Assembly (NCBI RefSeq): GCF_964213995.1
Contig: NW_027590255.1
Coordinates: 248,001 to 312,000 of the forward strand
Direction of reading: 5' to 3'
Length of the DNA: 64,000 nt
Source of the DNA: Mustelus asterias
Taxonomy: Eukaryota
Both the position numbers and the translations under genes were made by a program. The notes under the pieces were generated by a model. It was not told where the DNA came from. It ran no database searches and was given only the letters and a program-made list of their open reading frames with translations. The first letter of the stretch is position 1. Each line of letters begins with the position of its first letter. Positions 26,315 through 42,377 of this stretch are shown piece after piece.

Positions 26315-26361
26315 GGAGCCTGAAAGAGTTCCTCTCTCATATTGCGCAGTGATCTGAGTGA

Positions 26362-26682
<321 letters not shown>

Positions 26683-26716
26683 ACAACTGCAACCTTCCTA
26701 CGGAACACACAACAAA

Positions 26717-26757
26717 GGCTCTTTTCAGAGCCACTCACCGCCTCACAGAGAGAGCAG
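26717..26757 (+). terminator. Histone 3' stem-loop and HDE (H4)
   Basis: GGCTCTTTTCAGAGCC at 26717-26732, then CAGAGAGAGCAG. Confidence 0.95.
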
Positions 26758-27839
26758 TGACCTGGGGACGGGGGCTGGGATAGGCTGTTCAGTACTTGAG
26801 ATGCATGTTTGTTTTGTTTAGGTTACAGTGCGGGAATCACCGAATTTAACATTTCATTTGGAGCAGCCATGCGGATTGTTTTTGAAATTTTTAAGTGGAT
26901 TGTCTGAGCAGCCCCCAGTTGACATGTGCCCTCAGTGAAACGCCACATCACTCCTGTTTAATCACTCAGTGTTTGGATAGAGTTTATCAAAGCTTTCTCT
27001 GGAATAGCGGAGTTTAGTAGCAGCAGCCGGTGAATCGTTCACTGGAACCAGTCCCAGTTGTGATGCTATTTGCCCCCAGACGGTTGTTTCCTGCACTGAA
27101 ACTGACGCTTTGTGAAACTGATCAGTTTCCGCTCAGTCATTCACAAACCCGCAATTCCCGCAGTTTGAGCCGCTCCAACCCCAGCCTGCTTCTGATTGGC
27201 CATCCTCTCCGCATTCGCAGCTCTGAACCAATCGCAGAGCATCGAATGTGAACATTGAGCCAATCATTGGCTTCAACTGTCAACCGGCAGAAATTTTGAA
27301 TTGGGGGAAAATGCCGCCAATTTCAGCGCGGGAAAGGGAATTGAGACAAATTCTTAACTTATTAAAAATAGATTCTCAATTAATATTCTGCTGTAAGATT
27401 ATTTTACAAAGAGGTTTCATTTGTGAACATTTGTCCGCCGCGGGCAGCAAACGGCTCCATTCAGTAATGTCAAACGGGACAAATATGAAGTCACTCTGTA
27501 ACAAACAACAGACTCAACCCCTTTCACACCGGCTTCAGGGAGACACAGAGAAGCGACTGATTTCTGATCCTTTCCCCCGAAAACGGCAGCGAATGTTACA
27601 AGCGACAGGGGAGGGGAAATCTGAATGGGCTGGAGAGGAAAGGGACAGGGATCGAGTGGAACAGCGGGAGATTCTGGGAATGAACAACCCAGAGAGCGGG
27701 AAAAAGGTCTAAAGCACTAAGTGGGGGGAGATAGACTTCAAATCTTCAATGTTTCTGGGAATTATTTTATTCAGGACGGAATGAAGACTTATTTTATACA
27801 AACGGTTATTTCCTGCACAGAAAACGGCCCAATTTCTGA

Positions 27840-28447
<608 letters not shown>

Positions 28448-28476
28448 AACCCGACCTCAGCACCAAGTACAACAAC

Positions 28477-28517
28477 GGCTCTTTTAAGAGCCACCAAATC
28501 GGCAAATGAAAGAGCTG
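28477..28517 (+). terminator. Histone 3' stem-loop and HDE (H3)
   Basis: GGCTCTTTTAAGAGCC at 28477-28492; TGAAAGAGCTG. Confidence 0.95.
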
Positions 28518-29139
28518 CGATCTCCTGTTAACGATTCTAGTGTTTCTATTCCCAGGACTCCAATACTGAAACCTCTCAATGTTACAATTCACCCTCCGTT
28601 GCATTGGGGTCACTCATATCTCCAATACTTTGATGGTTAGAGTAAAAACGATGCCGTTAACAATTCTACCACAATTTAATTTTAAAGTAGTTTTATTAAA
28701 CCTGCGATCATTTCAGTTTCCGAGCAATAATTCCGCAAATCCACTTTCTCCGCACGTGTTTCGAGTTGCAGCGAGTGTTGAAAATTGTGTCAATTAAGTT
28801 CAGAATATGAAGCATGTCTCCTCCAGTAACCCACTCACATAGATATAGCCATTGCAGGAACGCTTGCACATTCGCATAGGCAATAATTAACACTTTTCCA
28901 GATCCAGTGACTGACTTTGAAAACCGATGGGCTGCAGATGAATATCCTCGCAGACTATCACATTTTAAAGCAATTATATTTGAAATAGGATCATTTCAGT
29001 TCACTGGGATGGTTTCCCCGATAAACAGCAGCAACTTGCATTAAAATACTGTCTGTGTCAATCGTACGGATTGATAGAACAAAGCGGGAAACAGCTGTGC
29101 TGTGAATAGCAGTGCAGAAACTGACCGATAGACACCAGG

Positions 29140-29180
29140 TCGCCCTTTTTCAGATAAAGTGAGTGGCTCTGAAAAGAGCC
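29140..29180 (-). terminator. Histone 3' stem-loop and HDE (H2A)
   Basis: GGCTCTTTTCAGAGCC (29180-29165), then purine-rich TGAAAAAGGGCG. Confidence 0.93.
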
Positions 29181-29210
29181 TTTGGGTTATCAGATTAAAG
29201 AATGGTCGCT

Positions 29211-30263
<1,053 letters not shown>

Positions 30264-30419
30264 TGAAAAGATGTGCGGGTTAGGTGGATTGGCCGTGCTA
30301 AATTGTCCCTTAGTGTCCTGGGATGCATAGTTTAGATGGATTTGCGGGATAACTATGTGGGGTTACGGGGATAGTTACGGGGTTACGGTGGATAGTCAGA
30401 GATTCTGTAGATAGTTGAA

Positions 30420-31870
30420 CAAGGAAAGAGCAGAGTGAGCACTGGTTCTATAGAAAGTGCAACTGGGGGAGTGATAATGGAAAACAGGGTATTGGCAAAT
30501 GTATTTATTCATTGGTGTTCACTGTAGAGGATACAAGTAACATCCCAGAAATAGCTGGAAACCAGCAAATGGAAGGGAGGGAGGAACACAGGAAAATTCC
30601 AATCAACAGGGAAAGTGGTATTGAGCAAATTGTCAGGTCGACAGGCTGACAAATTCCTGGGTCCGGATGGACTTCTCGTGAAGGACATGAAAGAAGTGGC
30701 GAATGAGATAGTTGATGCATTTGTTTTAATTTTGCAAAATTCCCTGGCTTTGGAGAATGTTCCATTAGGTTGAAATATAACAAATGTAATACCTTGAATC
30801 AAAAAGGGATGGAGACAGAAAGCAGGAAACTACAGGCTGTTAGCCTAACAGCTGTCATCGGGAAAATGTTAGAAGCCATTCTGAAAGATATTACAGATAT
30901 TACAACTTGGAAAAAATACAAGGCAATCAGGCAGAGTCAATATGGTTTTCTGAAAGGGAAATCATGTTTAACTAAATTATTGGAGTTTTTTGAAAGAAGC
31001 CCATGTGCTGTGAATGGGGAACCGGTGGATGTCCTGTTCTTACATTTCCAGAAGACATTTGCCAAAGTGCCATTTAAAGGTCATTGTGTAAAATAAACAT
31101 TCATGGTTTTGGGCGTATCATTTTGGCATGGATTGATGGTTGGCTAGCTAACAGGTCAAAAAGAGTTAGCACAAATGGTTCTTTTTCTGGGTGGCAGGAT
31201 CTGATGAGTGGTGTATTCATGCTGGGGATACAAATTGTTACAATTTATAAAAATTGCTTGGGTGAAGGGACTGAAGGTACCGTTGCTAAATTTTCTGACA
31301 GCATAAAGATAGATAAGAAATTAATTGTGAAGTATACGTAAGGAGGCTTCAAAAGGAAACAGATAGATTAAGTGAGGGCAAAATGTGGCAAATGAGGCAA
31401 ATTGCGAGGATAAAACAGTGGTTGACAAATGGGAGACTTTCAAAGTTGAGTTGAATGGGATGCCAGTCAGGTACATAGCCACCAGACACACATATGCGGT
31501 GTCCAAAGCTGGGGTATCCTGGATGTCTGAGGTTATTGACGAGAAAATAAAGAAGAAAAAAGAGGCATATGATGCATGCTGGAATAATAATAGCAATAGA
31601 AATCATGAAAAACAGCTCAAAATGCAGGAGAGGGGCTAAGGCTGGAATAATGAAGAGGAAGCATGAGGAAATGTTAGCAGGCTGCGCTAATACAAATCAT
31701 AACATGTTCTTCAAACATATTAATTGTAAAGGATTAGTGAAGGATAGAGTGGGGTTCATAAGGGCCAAGCAGGGTAAACTGCTCACTGCAGCAGAGGGTA
31801 TGGCAGAGATAGTAAATAAGTACTGTACTTCTGGCTTTACCAAATTAGACAATGTGACAATGGCCCAGTT
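30420..31870 (+). mobile_element. Old CR1 ORF2 fragments
   Basis: SQYGFLKGKSCLTKLLEFFE, ILAWIDGWLANR. Confidence 0.75.
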
Positions 31871-31904
31871 GAAAACGTATGTGTTGGTTAACTGAGCTTC
31901 ATAG

Positions 31905-34900
31905 TGAGAGTGTGGAATTAACTCTCTCTCAATCGATCATTGTGTGTGGGTGCGGAATTAACCCTGTCTCAATCTATTCGTGTGTGTCAGTGTTGAATTA
32001 ACTCTCTCTCAATCTATTACTGTGAGAGTGTGTGGAATTAATTCTCAATCGATCATTGTGTGAGAGTGTGGAAGTAACTCTCAATCTTTTATTGTGTGAG
32101 AGTGTGGAATTAACGGTCCCTCAATCTATTACTTGTATGAATGTGGAATTAACTGTCTCTCAATCTATTACTCAATGTCACTGTGGAATTAACTCTCAAT
32201 CTATTACATTGTGTGAATGTGGAATTGACTCTCTCTCAATCAATTACCGTGTGTCAGTGTGGAATTATATCTCAATCTATTACTGTGTCCGAGCGGGGAA
32301 TTAACTCTCCCTCAATCTTTTACTGTGTGCCAGTATTGAATTAACTCTCTCTGAATCTATTACTGTGTTTGAATGTGGAATTAACTCCCTCTCAATCTAT
32401 CATTGCGTGTGAGTGTAGAATTAACCTTCTCTCAATTACTGTGCGCGAGTGTGGAATTATCTCTCTTTCAATCAATTACTGTGTGTGTGTGGAATTAACT
32501 CAATCTATTACTGTCTGACTGTGGAATTAACTCTCACTCAATCTATTACCGTGTGAGAGTGCGGAAATAACTCTCTCTCAATCTGTTACAATGTCAGCGT
32601 GGAATTAACTCTCTCTATCTATCTGTTACTGTGTCCATGTGCAATTAACTCTCAATCTATTTTTGTGTTCGTGTGTGGAATTAACTCCCTCTCAATCTAT
32701 TACTGTGTGAAAGTGTGGAATTAACTCTCTCTCAATCTATTACTGTGTGTGAGCGTTGAATTAACTCACTCTCAATCTATTCCTGTGTCAGTGTGGAATT
32801 AACTCTCTCACAATCTATTACTGTGTGTACGTGTGGAATTAACTCTCTCTCAATCTGTTGCTGTGTGAGAGCATGGAATTAACTCTCAATCTATTCCTGT
32901 GTGTGAATGTGGAATTGACTCTCTCTCAATCTATTACAGTGAGAGAGTGTGGAATTAGCTCTCTCTCAATCTATTACTGTGTGTCAGTGTGGAATTAACT
33001 CTCAATGTATTGCTGTGTGTCAGTGTGGAATTAACCCTCTCTCAATCTATTACTGTGTGTCAGTGTCCAATTAACTGTCTCAATCTATTACGGTGTGACA
33101 CAGTAATGGATTGAGAGAGAGTTCATTGCACTGTCACACCGTAATAGATTGAGACAGTTAATTGGACACTGACACACAGTAATAGATTGAGAGAGGGTTA
33201 ATTCCACACTGATACACAGCAATACATTGAGAGTTAATTCCTCACTAACACACAGTAATGGATTGAGAGAGAGTTCATTGCACTGTGTTAGTGAGGAATT
33301 AACTCTCTCTCAATCCATTAGTGAGTGTCAGTGTGTAGTTAAAACTCTCTCAATCAATTACTATGTGTGAGCGTGGAATTAACTCCCAATCTATTACTGT
33401 GTGTGAATGTGGAATTGACTCTCTCTCAATATATTACAGTGTGAGAGTGTGGAATTATCTCTCTCAATCTATTACTGTGTGGGAATGTGCAATTATCTCT
33501 CTCTCAATCTATTTGTGTGTGTCCATGTGGAATTAACTCTCTCTCAATCTATTGCTGTGTGTCAGTGTGGAATTAACTCTCTCTCAATCTATTGCTGTGT
33601 GTCAGTGTGGAATTAACTGTCTCAATCTATTACGGTGTGACAGTGCAACTAACTCTCTCGCAATCTATTAATGTGTGTCAGTATGGAATTAACGCATTCT
33701 CAACCTATTAATCTGTGTGTGTGTGTGGAATTAACTCTCAATCTGTTACAGTGTGAGAGTGTGGAAATAACTCTCTCTGATCTATTACTGTGCGTTACTG
33801 TGGAATTAACTCTCCCTCGATCTATTACAGTGTGTCAATGTGGAATTAACTCTCTCTCAATCTATTATTGTGTGTGAGCGTGGAATTAACTCTGTCTCAA
33901 TCTATTATTGTGTGACAGTGTGGAATTAACTCTGCATCTATTCCTGTGTGCGAATGTGGAATTAACTCTCTCCCAATCTATTACAGTGTCAGTGTGGAAT
34001 TAACTCTGTCTCAATCTATGACTGTGTGAGAGTGTGGAATTGACTAGCTCTCATTCTAGTATCGTGTGTGGGATTAACTCTCTCTCAATTTATTACTGTG
34101 TGTGAGCGTGGAATTAACTCGCAATCTATTGCTGTGTGTCAGTGTGGAATTAACCCTCTCTCAATCTATTACTGTGTGTCTGTGTCCAATTAACTGTCTC
34201 AATCTATTACGGTGTGACACAGTAATGGATTGAGAGAGAGTTCATTGCACTGTCACACCGTAATAGATTGAGACAGTTAATTGGACACTGACACACAGTA
34301 ATAGATTGAGAGAGGGTTAATTCCACACTGATACACAGCAATACATTGAGAGTTAATTCCTCACTAACACACAGTAATGGATTGAGAGAGAGTTCATTGC
34401 ACTGTGTTAGTGAGGAATTAACTCTCTCTCAATCCATTAGTGAGTGTCAGTGTGTAGTTAAAACTCTCTCAATCAATTACTATGTGTGAGCGTGGAATTA
34501 ACTCCCAATCTATTACTGTGTGTGAATGTGGAATTGACTCTCTCTCAATATATTACAGTGTGAGAGTGTGGAATTATCTCTCTCAATCTATTACTGTGTG
34601 GGAATGTGCAATTATCTCTCTCTCAATCTATTTGTGTGTGTCCATGTGGAATTAACTCTCTCTCAATCTATTGCTGTGTGTCAGTGTGGAATTAACTCTC
34701 TCTCAATCTATTGCTGTGTGTCAGTGTGGAATTAACTGTCTCAATCTATTACGGTGTGACAGTGCAACTAACTCTCTCGCAATCTATTAATGTGTGTCAG
34801 TATGGAATTAACGCATTCTCAACCTATTAATCTGTGTGTGTGTGTGGAATTAACTCTCAATCTGTTACAGTGTGAGAGTGTGGAAATAACTCTCTCTGAT

Positions 34901-37900
34901 CTATTACTGTGCGTTACTGTGGAATTAACTCTCCCTCGATCTATTACAGTGTGTCAATGTGGAATTAACTCTCTCTCAATCTATTATTGTGTGTGAGCGT
35001 GGAATTAACTCTGTCTCAATCTATTATTGTGTGACAGTGTGGAATTAACTCTGCATCTATTCCTGTGTGCGAATGTGGAATTAACTCTCTCCCAATCTAT
35101 TACAGTGTCAGTGTGGAATTAACTCTGTCTCAATCTATGACTGTGTGAGAGTGTGGAATTGACTAGCTCTCATTCTAGTATCGTGTGTGGGATTAACTCT
35201 CTCTCAATTTATTACTGTGTGTGAGCGTGGAATTAACTCGCAATCTATTGCTGTGTGTCAGTGTGGAATTAATTCTCTCTCAATCTATTACTGAGAGAGA
35301 GCTTGGAATTAACTCCCAATCTATTACTGTGCATGAATGTGGAATTAACTCTCTCTCAATCTATTGCTGTGTCAGTGTGGAATTAACTCTCTCTCAATCT
35401 ATTGCTGTGTGTCTGTGTGGAATTAAGAACAAAGAACAAAGAAAATTACAGCACAGGAACATGCCCTTCGGCCCTGCACCGACCTTGCTGCCCAACTGAA
35501 CTAAAACCCCGACTCTTCCAGGGACCATATCCTGCTATTCCCATCCTATTCATGTATTTGTCCACACGCCTCTTAAAACTCACTGTTGTATCTGCTTCAA
35601 CCACCTCCCCCAGCAGTGAGTTCCAGGCACCCACCACCCTCTGTGTAAAAAACTTGCCTCATACATCTCCTTTAAACCTTGCCCCTTGCACCTTAAACCG
35701 ATGCCCCCCAGTAATTGACTCTTCCACCATTGGAAAAAGCTTCTGACTATCCACTCTGTCCATGCCCCTCATAATCTTGTAGCCTTCCATCAGGTCGCCG
35801 CTCAACCTCTGTCGTTCCAGAGAGAACAAACCAATTTTCTCCAACCTCTCCTCACAGCTAATATCCCCCATACCAGCCAACATCCTGGTAAGTCTTTGCT
35901 GTACCCTCACCAAAGTCTCCACATCCTTCTGGTAGTGTGGCGACCAGAATTGAACACAATATTCCAAATGCAGCCTAACTAAGATTCTATAAAGCTGCAA
36001 CATGACTTGCCAATTTTTAAACTCAATCCCCCGCCGACGAAGGCAAGCATGCCGTATGCCTTCTTGACTACCTTCTCCACCTGCATTGCCACTTTCAGTG
36101 ACCTGTGTACCTGTTCACCCAGATCCCTTTGCCTATCGATACTCCTAAGGGTTCTGCCATTGACTGTATATTTCCTATCTGTATTAGACCATCCAAAATG
36201 CATTAATTCACATTTGTCCGGATTAAACTCCATCTGCCATCTCTCCGTCCAAGCCCCCAACCTATCTATATCCTGCTGTATCCTCTGATGGTGCTCATCG
36301 CTATCTGCAAATCCACCAACCTTTGTGTTGTTCGCAAACTAACAAATCAAACCAGTTGCATTTTCCTCCAAATCAGTTATATATATTACGAACTGCAAAG
36401 GTCCCAGCACTGATCCCTGAGGAACACCAAATGTCACAGTCCTCCATTCAGAATCGCACCCTTCCACTGCTACCCTCTGTCTTCTAAGACCAAGCCAGTT
36501 CTGTATCCACCTTGCCAGCTCACCTCTGATCCCATGCGACTTCACCTTCTGCACCATTCTGCCATGAGGGACCTTGTCAAAGGCCTTACTGAAGTCCTTG
36601 TAGACAACATCCACTGCCCTACCCTCATCAACCATCTTCGTCACTTCCTCGAAAAACTCGATCAAGTTAGTGAGACATGACCAGCCCTTCACAAAACCAT
36701 ATTGCCTCTCGCAAATGCATCCACTAATTTCCAAGTGGCAGTAAATCCTGCAGCCAGTGAGGATACAAAGGTTTCTCTCAAGGCCCCAGCAATTTCCTCC
36801 CTTGCCTCTCCCAGTATTTTGGGGTATATCCCATCAGGCCCTGGGGACTTGTCTACCTTAATATTCCTCAAGAACCCCAACACTTGATCTCAACATGACT
36901 CAAACTATCGACACACCCTTTCCCAGATTCATTATCCACCAAGTCCTTCTCTATGGTGAATACTGACACAATGAACTCATTGAATACCTCACCCATTTCC
37001 TCTGGCTCCACGCATAGATTTCCTCCTTTGTCCTTGAGTGGGCCAACCCTCTCCCTGGCTATCCTCTTGCTCTTTATATATGTATAAAAAGCCTTGGTAT
37101 TTTCCTTAATCCTGCTGGGCAATGATTTTTTGTGACCCCTTTTAGCCCTATATTAACTCTCTCTCCGATCTATTACTGTGTGCCAGTGTGGAATTAACTC
37201 TCAATCTATTACTATGTGTGTGGAATTAAGTTTCCCTCAATCTATTACAGTGTCAGCGAGGAATTAACTCTCTCTGTCTATCTATTACTGTGTCCGTGTG
37301 CAATTAACTCTCTCAATCTATTTTTGTGTTCGAGTGTGGAATTAACTCTTTCAATTTATTACTGTGTGTACGTGTGGAATTAACTCCCTCTCAATCTGTT
37401 GCTGCGTGAGAGCATGGAATTAACTCTCAATCTATTCCTGTGTGTGAATGTGGAATTGACTCTCTCTCAATCTATTACAGTGAGAGAGTGTGGAATTAGC
37501 TCTCTCTCAATCTGTTTCAGTGTCAGTGTGAAATTAACTCTTTCTGAATCTATTACTGTGTGGGAACATGGAATAACTCTCTCTCAATCTATTACTGTGT
37601 GTACGTGTGGAATTAACTCCCTCTCAATCTGTTGCTGTGTGAGAGCATGGAATTAACTCTCAATCTATTCCTGTGTGTGAATGTGGAATTGACTCTCTCT
37701 CAATCTATTACAGTGAGAGAGTGTGGAATTAGCTCTCTCTCAATCTATTTCAGTGTCAGTGTGGAATTAACTCTTTCTGAATCTATTACTGTGTGGGAAC
37801 ATGGAATAACTCTCTCTCAATCTAATGCTGTGTGTGGGTGTGGAATTAACTCTCTCTCAATCGATTAGTGCGTCTGAATGTGGAATTAACTCTCTCTCAA

Positions 37901-37960
37901 TCTATTACTGTGCATGAGTGTGGAATTAACATTTTCTCAATCTATTAGTGTGTGAGAGTG
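31905..37960. repeat. ~40-bp satellite array, interrupted by a CR1 insertion
   Basis: Unit GTGTGGAATTAACTCTCTCTCAATCTATTACTGTGTGTCA. Includes a 1119-bp higher-order duplication and inverted patches. Confidence 0.97.
35426..37150 (-). mobile_element. CR1 LINE inserted in the satellite
   Basis: [39 protein letters not shown]; tail (TTCTTTG)n. Confidence 0.92.
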
Positions 37961-40571
37961 TGGAATTAACGCTGTCAGCCATTCTCTGTTCATGTGTTTC
38001 AGTATGGAATTACATCAGTTCATCTATATTAGTGAATGCGAGGATGGAATTAAATCTGTATTTGTTATTCACTATTACTGAATGTGAGTGGGACATTAAC
38101 TCTCTGTTCATCGCTGTTATAGCATGTGAGAGTGGAATTAATGGTCAGTCTTGGTTATTGTGTATGAATGTAGCATTAACTCTTGCTCAGTAGAATTGAA
38201 TGTGTAATTAACTCTGGCTGTGTTACTGTTTTTTAGTGTGAAATTGATTCTCTATCCTTTAATCACCATCACTGTATTTTTGTTTGGAATTACCATTGTG
38301 TCAATCTCTGTTACTGCATCTGAATGTGTAATTCACTCCCTATCTATCAATAATAATGTGTGAAATTATCTCACTGTCTGTCAGTCTCTGTTACTGCATG
38401 GAAGTGGGTCACTGTCAGCTTAGCAAACTGCTGCTTGCAGAGAGCCACATGGATCAGTGCTGGGTTCTCAGCTATTTACAATCTATATTAATGGCCCAGA
38501 TGAAGGGACAGACCATCACCAAATTTTCAGACAATACATAAATAGGTGGGGAAGTAGGTTGTGAGGAGGACACAAAGAGTCTGTAAGGAGATATAGCGAG
38601 GTTAAGTGAATGGACACAAATTTGTCAGGTAGGATACAATGTAGGAAAATGTGAGGCTTTCCACTTCAGTGGGAAGGATGGGAAGGCAGAACATTATTTA
38701 AATAGAGGGGGAGATACAGCAGATTGATCCAGAAAAGGAGGAAATAACTGTAATTATAAGTACATATGTGGAGTATCAAAGTAGGGAAATGTTGCTACAA
38801 ATACATGATATTGCTGAGTTTAAAGGTTTTCTCTGATTTAAAGAGGGAAATACTTGTATTGGAGGCAGTGAAGATTCACTCAGCTAATTGCTGAGATGAA
38901 GGAGTTATCTTATGAGGAAAGTTCAATCAAGTTGAGCCGATCTCATAGAAGTTGAGAAGAATGAGAGATGATCAGGTTGAAACATTGAAGGATCTGAGGG
39001 AATTGGACAGGGTAGATATCGAGAGGAATGTTTTCATTTGTGGGCAAAATTAAAACTAGAGGACACAGTTAAAAATAAAGTATGCCCCACTTTCGATGGA
39101 GATGAGAAGAAATTTCTCCTCTCAAAATGTCCTTAATTTGTGGAATTTAATAGATTCCATCCTAAGTTAGAAAGAGTTTTGATCTACAGGAGAGACAAGG
39201 GTTATGGGGCAGGCAATTAAATGGAGTTGAGGCCATAATCACATTAACCATGATCTTACCGAATGGTGGGGGAACCCTAAAGAACAAACTGCCTTCTGCT
39301 GCTCCTGCTTCTTATGTTCTGATTTGATGTCAATGTGGGACTAACTCTCTGTTAGGCTCTGTTCCAGTATTTCAGTGTGATATTAACTCAAGCTTGATAC
39401 TGCATATGAGTGCAGAACTGATTTGCTGTCGATTATTTATTCTATATGAGAGTGCAATGTCTCTGCCAGTCTCTGTTCCTGTACAGGAAACTTTGATGAG
39501 AAATGTTTGGGCTCGACTGGTCTCAAATGTACTCAGGGTTAAACCCATCAGCTTTTCCTCCATCAACACTCCAGTTCAAAGCCAGCCAACAAGAACGTAC
39601 CTTCACAGAACATCCACCCTCATTCCAAAGGGGTCTTCATTTGTCTATTTCAGGCCTCAGTTTTCTGAACAGCTGCAACATTTCACCGGTAAAATCATGT
39701 GGATACTGAACATCTGAAACAAAGTGAAAATTCTGGAATGACTCAACAGGTCAGGCAGGTCAGAGAGAAACAGAGTTCATGTTTCAGCTCTCTGACAATT
39801 GGCTTGCATTAAAACACGTACTGATGTCTGTGAATGGCAGCAGCCATTAATTCCCACATGAGGAATTAATGGTGTAGTGGTATTGTCACTGGACCATGAT
39901 CCAGAGTAATGCAATGGGACCTGAATATCACCACAACAGAGTGACATTTGAGCTCAATAAACAACTGGAAATAAAGGTCTAATGATGGCCATGTCGTAAA
40001 AACCCACTTGATTCACTGATGTCCCTTTAGGCAAGCAAATCTGCCAACATGACCTCTTCTGGCCTCCATGTGACTCCAACCACACAGCAATGTGTTTGAC
40101 TCTTAAATGCCCTCTGAAATGGCCCAACAAGCCACTTAGTTCAAAGGTAATTAGTGCAACGAATGCTGGCAAAGTCAGTGACGCACACATGACATGAATG
40201 AATAAAAATAATTATCTGCACCCAGAAAGCGCTCTATCCAACACACTGACTTGCCCAGGCACTGAGAGTGGGCACGCTCCCCAGGGGCAGCTGCAGGACA
40301 ATCGGTGCTGGAACTTTCCTCACTGCCACTTGTCTCCCATTCCACCAAGCTGCCTGTGTCCTTTTGAAGTTTCCCACTTTCCTCCTCACAGTTGCCAATG
40401 CCTCCAAGTTTGGTGGCGTGTGGAAATGTTGAGCTTGTGTCCTGTACACCAAGGTGTGCGTCATTAATATATATCAGGAAGAGCAGGGCTCCTAACACCG
40501 AGCCCTGGGGAACTCCACTGGAAACCTTCCTCCAGTCTGAGAAACAACCATTAAGCACTGCTCTCTGTTTC

Positions 40572-42087
40572 ATAGAACATAGAACAGTACAGCACAGAAC
40601 AGGCCCTTTGGCCCACGATGTTGTGCCGAGCTTTATCTGAAACCAAGATCAAGCTATCCCACTCCCTATCATCCTGGTGTGCTCCACGTGCCTATCCAAT
40701 AACCGCTTAAATGTTTCTAAAGTGTCTGACTCCACTATCACTGCAGGCAGTCCATTCCACACCCCAACCACTCTCTGCGTAAAGAACCTACCTCTGATAT
40801 CCGTCCTGTATCTCCCACCACGAACCCTATAGTTATGCCCCCTTGTAATAGCTCCATCCACCCGAGGAAATAGTCTTTGAACGTTCACTCTATCTATCCC
40901 CTTCATCATTTTATAAACCTCTATTAAGTCTCCCCTCAACCTCCTCCGCTCCAGAGAGAACAGCCCTAGCTCCCTCAACCTTTCCTCATATGACCTACCC
41001 TCCAAACCAGGCAGCATCCTGGTAAATCTCCTCTGCACTCTTTCCAGCGCTTCCACATCCTTCTTATAGTGAGGTGACCAGAACTGCACACAATATTCCA
41101 AATGTGGTCTCACCAAGGTCCTGTACAGTTGCAGCATAACCCCACGGCTCTTAAACTCCAACCCCCTGTTAATAAAAGCTAACACACTATAGGCCTTCTT
41201 CACATCTCTATCCACTTGACTGGCAACCTTTAGAGATCTGTGGATATGGACCCCAAGATCTCTCTGTTCCTCCACAGTCTTCAGAACCCTACCTTTGACC
41301 CTGTAATCCACATTTAAATTAGTCCTACCAAAATGAATCACCTCACATTTATCAGGGTTAAACTCCATTTGCCATTTTTCAGCCCAGCTTTGCATCCTAT
41401 CTATGTCTCTTTGCAGCCTACAACACCCCTCCACCTCATCCACTACTCCACCAATCTTGGTGTCATCAGCAAATTTACTGATCCACCCTTCAGCCCCCTC
41501 CTCTAAGTCATTAATAAAAATCACAAAGAGCAGAGGACCAAGCACTGATCCCTGCGGCACACCGCTAGCAACCTGCCTCCAATCCGAAAATTTTCCATCG
41601 ACCACCACCCTCTGTCTTCGGTCAGACAGCCAGTTACCTATCCAATCGGCCAACTTTCCCTCTATCCCACACCTCCTCACTTTCATCATAAGCCGACCAT
41701 GGGGGACCTTATCAAACGCCTTACTAAAATCCATGTATATGACATCAACTGCCCTACCTTCATCAACACACTTAGTTACCTCCTCAAAAAATTCTATCAA
41801 ATTTGTGAGGCACGACTTGCCCTTCACGAATCCGTGCTGACTATCCCGGATTAATCCGCATCTTTCTAAATGGTCGTAAATCCCATCCCTAAGGACCCTT
41901 TCCATCAATTTACCAACCACCGAAGTAAGACTAACCGGTCTATAATTACCAGGGTCATTTCTATTCCCTTTCTTAAACAGAGGAACAACATTCGCCATTC
42001 TCCAGTCCTCTGGCACCATCCCCGTTGACAGCGAGGACCCAAAGATCAAAGCCAAAGGCTCTGCAATCTCATCCCTTGCCTCCCACA
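40572..42087 (-). mobile_element. Young 5'-truncated CR1 LINE with uninterrupted RT domain
   Basis: Open frame with [47 protein letters not shown]. 5-bp TSD GTTTC at 40567-40571 and 42088-42092. Absent from the paralogous site at ~4240. Confidence 0.95.
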
Positions 42088-42097
42088 GTTTCCTCTC

Positions 42098-42330
42098 ACT
42101 CACACTGTTCCATATGGGGCGGTGAGGATGGCCTCGCTGCATCATCCGCTTCATGGTGCCGCGCCCCCGGCTCCCTCGCTGCACGTCCGCCGAGCCCGGC
42201 GGCTCTGATTCGGGCTCTGAGAGCCGCTGAGACTCACGTTGTTGCGCGTGCACAGTTCCGCTCAGCTTCCGCTCCGGGGCGGAGCCTCCTAACGCCTGCG
42301 CAGTGCGGATCATTCTGAATGAGATAGACC
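42098..42330 (-). promoter_or_regulatory. CpG-island promoter and probable first exon (copy B)
   Basis: Inverted paralog of 3960-4232. GGCACCATG at 42154; donor GTGAGT at 42103-42098. Confidence 0.6.
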
Positions 42331-42377
42331 GTATGGTGGGTTACACTGCCCACCATTTCATGGAATAATACAGCATA

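Noticed and set aside
31905-37960. CRISPR-like regular repeats
   Set aside because: Eukaryotic tandem satellite with no unique spacers and no cas genes.
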